Below are positions 19,469 through 27,054 of a DNA stretch of 64,000 nucleotides, piece after piece (within the stretch, counting starts at the first letter, position 1; every line of letters begins with the position of its first letter). The stretch is from Actinomycetes bacterium (lineage in GTDB: Bacteria > Actinomycetota > Acidimicrobiia > Acidimicrobiales > RAAP-2). The translations under genes and the position numbers were made by a program. The stretch lies in contig JAJYSP010000001.1 in NCBI GenBank assembly GCA_021793515.1, positions 10,533 through 74,532 on the forward strand, in the 5' to 3' direction. Below the pieces are notes generated by a model that was not told the origin of the DNA, searched no databases, and saw nothing but the letters and a program-made list of their open reading frames with translations.

Positions 19469-22400
19469 TCAGACCTCGTTGAAGCTCGCGCCAATTCGTG
19501 CCATGACCTCAAGGAGGCGGTGCTGACTCGTGTGTTGACACGCCTCCACCGATATCGGGGCGACGTCGCGAACACCCTGGTTCCCCAGTCGGTTCAACAG
19601 ATCACGGTCGTTCACGGCACGCAGCATCGCACGCACCAAGTCGTCCTCGTGAACGTCGCGCCATAGCGACTCACTAAAGACACCTGATCCCGCGACCACG
19701 CGCGCGGGACTCGGTGACGTGGCAAGAAGGATTGAGTTCTGCTCCGTGCAGAAGTCACGGTGTCCCCCCACGTCGGGGCAGATGGTCGCGAGTCCGTGGG
19801 CTAGGGCCTCTAGGAACGGCAAGCCGTATCCCTCGCCTCGCGTCGCCAGGACGAACGCGTCGCTCGCTAGATAGAGCTGGGTCAATGTTTCGCGTGAGAC
19901 GTGTTCGGTGTAGACCCTCAAGCGACCCCGTACCAAAGCGAGTTGCGTCGGCGATAGCGTGGCGTGCAACCACGTCTCAAAGTCAGCGGGTGTGACACCG
20001 CTCAACTTCAACGTCAGGTCGCAGTTCGGCTCATGCGCGGCCACCGCAGCGAACGCTCGAAGCAATGCTTCAGGATTCTTACGCGGCTCAAAGTGAAAGA
20101 CCGACAGAAAGGTAAAACGTCCCCGAGGGACCCGTAGTCGAGCATCGAGCACGGCCTCGACGTCAACCACGGGGGTGCCGGGTGCCACCGTGTAGACCTT
20201 GGTCGCCGAAATCCCTGAGTCGACCAGTATTTGAGCGTCGTAACTCGAGAAACACCACACCTCATCGAACGCTCGAAGTGACATCTGAAACTCGTAAGGC
20301 AACGGTGTGGCCTCGAACGTCGTTCGGGCCACGCGATACTTGGCGCGAACGGATGTCGAGACCGTCGAGAGCCAACCCACCGGCACGTCCACTACCGCTA
20401 CGTCCAAGTTCGCATCGCGAAGCGAGCGCCACGGTAGTGCGTCGCCAGGAGTATCCAAATCGGGTGATGTCGAAACGTCCACTCGCAACACGTCGACACC
20501 GCGCTGCGCCAGGTAGTCGACATCGAAGAGGGTTCGTGAAGCGTGTGCGAAGCCGGAGGTTCCACTGAGTATTCCCAACTGGCCCACCAACGGAGCGAGT
20601 GATGTTGGCCGACGCGGTGTCGGCAATGTTCGCGGCCGCGCAATTCGTCGGCCCACGGCGATGACGTCCAAGGGGGCAATGTCGCGCACGGGACCACACG
20701 CCCCCTCAACGGGTACGAAGCCCGACTTTGACAGCATGGCCTTGAGAAGTCGGACTGGGTATGGCCGAATGTGCGTCGAATCCAGCCAGAAGTTTTCGAG
20801 GCCAACGCCTGGGGCGGAGAAATCTGGCGTCTGGATTATGACGACACCGTGATCGGCCACGTGATCGAAAATCCACTCGAGGAGTGTCTGGAACTCACTC
20901 GGATGGAGATGCTCGACAATGTGGCCGATGAACACACCGTCGAATGGCTCGGGCTCAATTGACGCCAGATCATTGGGTATGAACCCTTCATACACGGTGA
21001 ATCCGTCAGCCCGCAGCGCTTGGACCAGGGCCGGGTCCGCTTCGATCCCTTGAACTCGCTTGCCTGACGCGCGACAGACTCGCAGCATCGATCCCTGACC
21101 ACAGGCAATGTCGAGAATGGAGTCGCACGCACCCAGGTAGCCCGCGAGTCGCGTTGCGATGTCGTAGGTGGCGTGATCGCCGCCTTCAAAGTCATGGGCG
21201 TAGGCGAAGTAACCCGCACGCTCGTACTGTGCCGACGCGATCTGGGATCGATAGGGTCCCGCAGACCACACATCCGGTACTGACTCGGTGATCTGCGAGA
21301 GACGCTCTCGAACTGCTGAGAGCTCGCCGCGCTCTCGAACTCCGATTCGTGATTCGACCTGTGTCGCCAAGTCAAGGGCGCTCGCCACGTCGCCCACGGC
21401 AACCAGCCGTGACAACAACGTCGCCGTTTCACCAGGCGAATCGTGGAGCGACGACGCGAGGTCAGTGGTGAGTCGGGACAGTTCGTCCGTTGGCTCGCGA
21501 CCTGAAACGAGGGACTCAAGGGACTCGTGGGCTAGGTCGCCCACATGGTTCCAGCCGAGCGAAGACGCTCGCTCCTTCGCCGCTCGCGACAGTGCGGTCA
21601 GATCGACCTCACCATCAACCACTTCCTTCAGGATTCGACCTAACTCATCGACCGAAGGTTCATACCAGTAACTTCGATCTGCCAGGATCGATTCGCCTAC
21701 TCGAGGCGACTCACCGACGGCGAACGTAGCCGGGATGAGGAGCGATTCGTTCGCACCACAAAACTCATTGGTGGCGCCGCCGCGTGTGTGGATCACGGGC
21801 GTGCCCACCGCCATGGCTTCGAGTACACCGAGGCCGAAACCCTCGGAGCGGTAGGGGTGCACGAGGACATCTGATTCGGCAATGCGATGCAGAAGATCCG
21901 CTCGGCTCAGGTATCGGGCCTCTACCGACACGCGCGACGCCACTCGCTGGTGTTGGTCGAGCGACTGAGCGAGGAGGGACTGATTCTGATAGAAGGTGTC
22001 AGCGCCGACCTCCTTGATGGTCAACTGCGTACGTGCGAGCGTGGCGTCATCAAGTTGGTCGAGGGCGGCGATCAGGACGTCGACGCCCTTTCGCATAATC
22101 GTGCCGCCGAGGAAGAGCAGACGCGTGACATCCCTTGACTGACGTACCGTATGACGCGGCACCTCGGCGTCGACGCCATTGGGCACCACCCACACCTTTG
22201 ACGCCTCGACGCCAGCCTGGAGATACCCGCGTTTGCAGTACTGACTTGGCACCCATATCGCGTCGGCGTCGCGTACACCTGCGATCCACGACAGCGGAAT
22301 GGATCCGAACTCCCAGGGCTGGATGATGACGAGGCGCTCTCCCCCACGGTGCCCCCAGACCGGGGGCCACATCTGACGAATCCGAACGTCAACCGAGCCG

Positions 22401-22588
22401 TCGGGTTCACCCACCTCCACCCTCGAGTCCGTCCGCGCTGCCACTAACTGCGCGAGTTCTCGATCGGATAGGTCGAATCCCACCACCGAGACGTTGTGTC
22501 CTCGTTGTGCGAGCTCTTCGGCGATGTGGTGATTCACGATGCCGTAGCTTCCAGCGAGTGAGAGGTTCCCCTCGACGACTATCCTCAC
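19469..22588 (-). CDS. Trimodular GT4-methyltransferase-GT4 protein (start re-called at GTG 22588 after GGAGGAGG; 1039 aa)
   Basis: GT-B domain 1 (PWEFG..DAIWVPS..VPNGVD..RKGVD..YRSEGFGLGVLEAMA), SAM motif ILDIACGQG with HIVEHL, GT-B domain 2 (RKNPEALLRAF..TRGEGYGLPFLEA). Confidence 0.88.
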   Translation of the reverse strand: MRIVVEGNLSLAGSYGIVNHHIAEELAQRGHNVSVVGFDLSDRELAQLVAARTDSRVEVGEPDGSVDVRIRQMWPPVWGHRGGERLVIIQPWEFGSIPLSWIAGVRDADAIWVPSQYCKRGYLQAGVEASKVWVVPNGVDAEVPRHTVRQSRDVTRLLFLGGTIMRKGVDVLIAALDQLDDATLARTQLTIKEVGADTFYQNQSLLAQSLDQHQRVASRVSVEARYLSRADLLHRIAESDVLVHPYRSEGFGLGVLEAMAVGTPVIHTRGGATNEFCGANESLLIPATFAVGESPRVGESILADRSYWYEPSVDELGRILKEVVDGEVDLTALSRAAKERASSLGWNHVGDLAHESLESLVSGREPTDELSRLTTDLASSLHDSPGETATLLSRLVAVGDVASALDLATQVESRIGVRERGELSAVRERLSQITESVPDVWSAGPYRSQIASAQYERAGYFAYAHDFEGGDHATYDIATRLAGYLGACDSILDIACGQGSMLRVCRASGKRVQGIEADPALVQALRADGFTVYEGFIPNDLASIEPEPFDGVFIGHIVEHLHPSEFQTLLEWIFDHVADHGVVIIQTPDFSAPGVGLENFWLDSTHIRPYPVRLLKAMLSKSGFVPVEGACGPVRDIAPLDVIAVGRRIARPRTLPTPRRPTSLAPLVGQLGILSGTSGFAHASRTLFDVDYLAQRGVDVLRVDVSTSPDLDTPGDALPWRSLRDANLDVAVVDVPVGWLSTVSTSVRAKYRVARTTFEATPLPYEFQMSLRAFDEVWCFSSYDAQILVDSGISATKVYTVAPGTPVVDVEAVLDARLRVPRGRFTFLSVFHFEPRKNPEALLRAFAAVAAHEPNCDLTLKLSGVTPADFETWLHATLSPTQLALVRGRLRVYTEHVSRETLTQLYLASDAFVLATRGEGYGLPFLEALAHGLATICPDVGGHRDFCTEQNSILLATSPSPARVVAGSGVFSESLWRDVHEDDLVRAMLRAVNDRDLLNRLGNQGVRDVAPISVEACQHTSQHRLLEVMARIGASFNEV

Positions 22589-22695
22589 TGGTCCTCCTCC
22601 GTGGCGACCAACCCGCTCGGACGCCGACACCGCGTGATTCACCGTCGCGACGTCTAGCTCATGTGCTCGATGGACGAATCGCTCGCCGACAGTAT

Positions 22696-22723
22696 TTACG
22701 GTCCGGCACTGAGTGCAATTGAG
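22696..22723 (-). promoter_or_regulatory. sigma28-like promoter of the GT4-MT-GT4 gene
   Basis: CTCAA-TTGCACTCAGTGCCG(15)-GACCGTAA, about 105 nt upstream of the GTG start. Confidence 0.7.
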
Positions 22724-22763
22724 GTGTCGCCTTGGAGACTGTCGTGAGGAATGACTCCGCGAC

Positions 22764-23048
22764 TTACAGGTCAGTTTCGACGTACGCCGACGAGCGACGA
22801 CCGTGCGGGCTCGGTGGGTGGGCGGAGGACCGTTTGGACAGTTCGACCATATGTTCGCTGACGGCCACCATGAGCCGTTCGCACTCCTCGTGTAGTGCCG
22901 CAACACGCCCGACACAGTCTTCAGGCACCACATCAAGCGGACGGTCTGGTATTGGGGGTACCGAGGAGAACCCCACCGCCAAAGCCCGTCGAATCGCGTC
23001 GAGGTAGGCGGTGAGGCCGTCTAGGTACTCAGGCCATGAACGAGCCAT
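22764..23048 (-). CDS. Small helical protein, FliT-like by position
   Basis: 94 aa MARSWPEYLDGLTAYLDAIRRAL..; directly after fliS, predicted helical. Confidence 0.55.
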   Translation of the reverse strand: MARSWPEYLDGLTAYLDAIRRALAVGFSSVPPIPDRPLDVVPEDCVGRVAALHEECERLMVAVSEHMVELSKRSSAHPPSPHGRRSSAYVETDL

Positions 23049-23430
23049 CACCACTGCGCTCGTTTGCACCGACTGCTCCGACCCACGCCTCGTGTATCGG
23101 TGTGAAGAGGTCTATACACTCGCGCAGCACCTCGACACTCTTCTCCAGATTTGCCTTGATCAAGTGATGCTCGATGAAGACGTAGACCGACATGAGCTCG
23201 TGGCCGCCTCGGAAGCCGTCTGGATCCAGGGCGTTACGCAACATTCGAATCAATCGTTGCGCGTGCTGAAGATTGTCATTTGCCACGGCGTAATCCCGCG
23301 CCTCGATGGCGACCTCGGCCCTCGCCATATCCGCCGTGAGCCGATCACAGATCATGAGCAGGAGCCGTGGACCATCGGCGGTGCTCACCGCCTGGTCTTG
23401 GTAGGCGGATGCGGGATTGCGGATTGACAT
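23029..23430 (-). CDS. fliS: Flagellin chaperone FliS
   Basis: AYQDQAVSTADGPRLLLMICD; NLQHAQRLI..L..ALD; LMSVYVF; IHEAW. Confidence 0.93.
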   Translation of the reverse strand: MSIRNPASAYQDQAVSTADGPRLLLMICDRLTADMARAEVAIEARDYAVANDNLQHAQRLIRMLRNALDPDGFRGGHELMSVYVFIEHHLIKANLEKSVEVLRECIDLFTPIHEAWVGAVGANERSGDGSFMA

Positions 23431-23442
23431 GGTCTCGACCAC

Positions 23443-25959
23443 CTAACTCGTACTCAGCGTCGAACCGGTATTGAAGAGCGACGAACTTGAAGTCGAAGAC
23501 GAAGCCGACGACGCGAGAAATTTACTCACCGAACTCAACTGCGCGAGTTCGGTCTCCATGGCATTGAACTCCTGGGTCAGCATCGCCCGCTGGGTCGTCA
23601 CGAGCTGATTCTGCAACGCAATTTCACCGGTGACGTTGGTCAAGGTGCTGTTCAGTCCACTCGTCGCCGTGGCGATCTGCCCGCCTGGCGCGAGTGTCGA
23701 TTGAACGGCCAAGCTCGCGAGGCCCTGCGCTATTCCGGGAGAGTAATCGACGGTCCCAATGGTGGTTGCAGTGCTGATTCCTGGCGTCGTAACCAAGAGC
23801 GAGAGCCCATTGGCGGCGTTCGCGGGGTTGTTCAGCGTCAGTGTCTGACCCAAACCCGTCGCCGCCACACCATTGATGGTGCCAACGACATCGGCACCAG
23901 TGAAACTTGTCCCCGATGAAGTCAGGCCCAGTTGGTCGGTTCCCGACGCGCCCACGCTGAACGAGGCGGCCGAGCCATAGTTGGCTGAACCGAGTTGTAC
24001 CGCGTAACCCCCCGACACGGCGGTCGTTGAAGCTGAGACAGTGATACCGGCCGCCGCGAGCGAAGCGTTCAAGCCCGACACGACTGCGGCCACCGTCTCG
24101 CCCGCGTTGGCCGTGTAGCTGGCGGTTGCACCACCCGAGGTGATGGTGTAACTCTCGCTCGACGCCAGCGTCGACGTCGGTGCCGCAAACACGGCGGAAC
24201 CCGTGTCAATGGCTTGACTCGCCGACTTACTCACCGAGACGCCATAACTGCCCGTGGTCGTCGAGTCAGTTGCGCCAGTAATCGCGACCTGTCCAGTGAA
24301 CCCAGAACTTGACGGTGAAAACGTTCCACCTACGGTAAACAGCGACTGAACTGCGTGAGGATTGGCGTCGTAGGCCGTGATGAACGCATTCTGGTTGAAT
24401 GCAATGGTCCCCGTCGAGGTAATCGAGAGACCCGCCGACTCACCTGCGGTTCCATCGGACCCCGCGGCCGACGTTCCGACGGCGTACCCCACAATGGCGA
24501 GGACGCGTTGGGCCAGTGAGTTCAAGGATGACTGCCCGTTCAGTGGAGCGGCGACTCCGGTCGACGAGTTGTACGCCGTATCAGTGGAAATCTCCGACAA
24601 GACTTTGTTGGCCGCGTCGACGAGTGTCGATACCTGGCCCGCAATCGTCGAGCCGTCAGCAGCTACGTTCAGGGTCACCGGAGTCGCGCTGACTTGAGTC
24701 AGATTGGCGGTGACGCCCGGTAAGAGTCCCCCAACCGAATTGGTCGACGAAACGACTTCGGGTCCGCCCACGCCACCAACTGACACGATCGAATCCTGTG
24801 CGGCGGTGGTCAGTTGCATCGCCCCGAGCGACGATGTCGCGAATGCCTGCGTATCGATGGTTGCGGCGCCAGAGAGACCGGTCTTGTTGGACGTCACCTC
24901 CAACGCATACGTGTTCGTGCTCGTCTGCAGCGCCGTCGCGGTCACGCCCGCGTTCGCTCCGTTGATGGCGCTGACCACCGAAGCGAGAGAGCCATTGCCA
25001 ACCGACACGTTCTGAGCGGTCATCGTCCCCAACGTGAGTGGGCCCGCCAGATTCGCGGTCAACGTACCACCGCTGCCCGACGTCAACGTCACTTGCGTCG
25101 TGCCGGAAGCGGCAATGTTCGAAACTGTCGTGGCAGTTCCGTCAACAGTGATCACACCGTCGGTACCAGTGACGACACCACTCGTGGCCATGCCGAGGGC
25201 GGTGAGCGCCGTGCCTCCGGTCAACTGCATCGAAGCAGTCGAGCCCTGTTGATCGGTCGCGAGCGAGATATTCCCGCCGGCACCGATTGTCGCACTCAGC
25301 GTGCCACCCGACGCTTGGGTGATCGCCTGCACGAGTTGGGTAGGCGTATACGTCCCTGATGCGATGACGACCGTCGACGCGGTCCCACCAATCGTGACGT
25401 TCAGGGTGTCGTTGCTCGACGAGATGGTCGTACTCGCAGCCGGCGGTGTCGATGCCAGGACCGTGGCACCGGACGATGCCTGCGTGACTTGAATCGAGTG
25501 CGCACCGAGGGACAGCCCGGACTGGCCCGCGAAGGAGTCGATCCCGAGGGCTGCGCCTCCGGATCCAATGAGGTAATCACCCGACGCGACAACGTCACTG
25601 GTGGCTGAGACGGTTCCGGCCGAAATTTGCGTCGAACCTGTCGCCAATTGATCGACGGCCATCGTGATCGAGCCGGGTTCACTGCCCGATGTGATTGTTC
25701 CGGTGGCCACGCCCGAATTCGAGGACGTTACCGAATAGGCCTGATCGAACGCCATTGAGGTCGAGAGGGCATCGCCGGCTTGTTGGAGCGCGAGCAAGTC
25801 GGAGTTGATTGCTTGATAGTCGGAGATTTGCGTATTGAGTGTGGTCTGTTGAAGCTGCAATGCGGCGAGGGGCTGTTCGAATATCGCCATCTCGGCGTTG
25901 ATGATCTGATTGGTGTTGATGCCGGACTGCAGTCCACCGAAACTGACGGGGCTCGACAT
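23443..25959 (-). CDS. fliD: Filament cap FliD (838 aa; start re-called at ATG 25959)
   Basis: FGGLQSGINTNQIINAEM N-terminus, VDQLAT, AQDS..V..SSTNSV..LLPGVT, MLTQEFNAMETELAQL C-terminus. Confidence 0.93.
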   Translation of the reverse strand: MSSPVSFGGLQSGINTNQIINAEMAIFEQPLAALQLQQTTLNTQISDYQAINSDLLALQQAGDALSTSMAFDQAYSVTSSNSGVATGTITSGSEPGSITMAVDQLATGSTQISAGTVSATSDVVASGDYLIGSGGAALGIDSFAGQSGLSLGAHSIQVTQASSGATVLASTPPAASTTISSSNDTLNVTIGGTASTVVIASGTYTPTQLVQAITQASGGTLSATIGAGGNISLATDQQGSTASMQLTGGTALTALGMATSGVVTGTDGVITVDGTATTVSNIAASGTTQVTLTSGSGGTLTANLAGPLTLGTMTAQNVSVGNGSLASVVSAINGANAGVTATALQTSTNTYALEVTSNKTGLSGAATIDTQAFATSSLGAMQLTTAAQDSIVSVGGVGGPEVVSSTNSVGGLLPGVTANLTQVSATPVTLNVAADGSTIAGQVSTLVDAANKVLSEISTDTAYNSSTGVAAPLNGQSSLNSLAQRVLAIVGYAVGTSAAGSDGTAGESAGLSITSTGTIAFNQNAFITAYDANPHAVQSLFTVGGTFSPSSSGFTGQVAITGATDSTTTGSYGVSVSKSASQAIDTGSAVFAAPTSTLASSESYTITSGGATASYTANAGETVAAVVSGLNASLAAAGITVSASTTAVSGGYAVQLGSANYGSAASFSVGASGTDQLGLTSSGTSFTGADVVGTINGVAATGLGQTLTLNNPANAANGLSLLVTTPGISTATTIGTVDYSPGIAQGLASLAVQSTLAPGGQIATATSGLNSTLTNVTGEIALQNQLVTTQRAMLTQEFNAMETELAQLSSVSKFLASSASSSTSSSSLFNTGSTLSTS

Positions 25960-26056
25960 GAGAATGCTCCACTTCGAACTGGGAGTACGTCGACCAACGG
26001 CACACTCCACGTACGAGACGCACGTCGCACGCGACGCAGTCGCCTCACTCGTGAAT

Positions 26057-26095
26057 CCCGGCACTCTCCGGGGACAAACCCCGGAGAGTGCCGGG
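26057..26095 (-). terminator. Hairpin immediately after the fliC stop
   Basis: Perfect 17-bp stem CCCGGCACTCTCCGGGG / CCCCGGAGAGTGCCGGG with 5-nt loop; no U-tract. Confidence 0.8.
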
Positions 26096-26100
26096 CGGGA

Positions 26101-26937
26101 TTACTGCAACAGCTTTTGGGCCAGGCTCGGAAGGTGCTGCGCCTGGTACAAGACGGACACGCCAGACTGCTCAAGAATCTGCAGCGACGCGAACTGCGTG
26201 GTTGCCGCCGCAACGTTAACGTCGACCAAGTTGGCGTGTGCGGCCTGAATGTTCTCCTGGGCCGTCGTCAAGTTCGCCGACAGTGACGTCATCTGGTTCT
26301 GAGTCGCACCAACGTTGGCCGCCTGCAACGCCACCGTGGAGATGGCCGCCTGGACGGCGGTCATCGCGGCCTCGGCCGCACCGACGGTCCCGATGCTGAC
26401 CGCAGCGCTACCCACACCGAGGGCTGACGAGCTCGACGCTGCGATGGTGATGACAATCTGGTCGCTGGCCTGGTTGTACGGTCCGACCTGGAAGGTCTGA
26501 CCCGAGTACGAGCCGTTGAGTAGGGACGTCCCACCGAAGTTCGTACTCGCCGCGATCTGGTCGAGTTCGTTCTGGAGTGAGCTGAACTCGGACTGCGACG
26601 CTTGCAGCGTCGTTGAGGTCTGAGTTCCACCGTTCGCTACCTGCGTGGCCAGGGTGTTCATGGTCTGCAGGATCGATGCCTCTTGACCCAACGCGCCCTG
26701 CGCGGTTTGGAGCACTGAAACAGCGCTCTGCACGTTGCTGATTGCCTGGGTGTAGCCGTTGCCTTCCTCTTGCAGATACTGGCCGATGACGTACCCTGCC
26801 GGGTTGTCGGCGGCCGTTTGAATCTGGAATCCCGAAGACAGCTGGCTCACAACCGATGACAAGGCCGTATTAGTCGTGTCGAGGTTGTTATACGAGTTCA
26901 CTGCAGACGAGTTGTAATTGATATCGATTCCCGACAT
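26101..26937 (-). CDS. fliC: Flagellin (minimal, 278 aa)
   Basis: INYN..A; LSSGFQIQTAADNPAG; NAVSVLQTAQGAL-type block; TNFGGTSLLNGS; FQVG; LGA.QNR-equivalent VGATQNQ; QILEQSGVSVL; SD AGGAGG. Confidence 0.96.
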   Translation of the reverse strand: MSGIDINYNSSAVNSYNNLDTTNTALSSVVSQLSSGFQIQTAADNPAGYVIGQYLQEEGNGYTQAISNVQSAVSVLQTAQGALGQEASILQTMNTLATQVANGGTQTSTTLQASQSEFSSLQNELDQIAASTNFGGTSLLNGSYSGQTFQVGPYNQASDQIVITIAASSSSALGVGSAAVSIGTVGAAEAAMTAVQAAISTVALQAANVGATQNQMTSLSANLTTAQENIQAAHANLVDVNVAAATTQFASLQILEQSGVSVLYQAQHLPSLAQKLLQ

Positions 26938-26977
26938 GGGATCTGTCCTCCTGTTGACGTTCCCCCTCGCGAGGGCT

Positions 26978-26991
26978 GAGCATCCTTGCTC
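26978..26991 (-). promoter_or_regulatory. CsrA-type GGA hairpin in the fliC leader
   Basis: GAGCA-AGGA-TGCTC: 5-bp stem with AGGA loop, matching CARGGAUG; further GGA motifs in the SD (ACAGGAGGA). Confidence 0.65.
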
Positions 26992-27000
26992 ACCAGTGAC

Positions 27001-27028
27001 TTACGGACCTACGAACGCGAGAGTTGAG
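27001..27028 (-). promoter_or_regulatory. sigma28-like promoter of fliC
   Basis: CTCAA-CTCTCGCGTTCGTAG(15)-GTCCGTAA, about 63 nt upstream of fliC. Confidence 0.8.
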
Positions 27029-27054
27029 TAGTGAGCACGGGATTCCTGGCTCGA

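Noticed and set aside
22589-22936. N-terminal extension of the 1155-aa ORF
   Set aside because: Overlaps the FliT-like gene and contains the promoter; a strong GGAGGAGG precedes GTG 22588.
25960-26064. N-terminal extension of fliD in the ORF track
   Set aside because: Runs through the fliC hairpin; FliD homology starts at ATG 25959.
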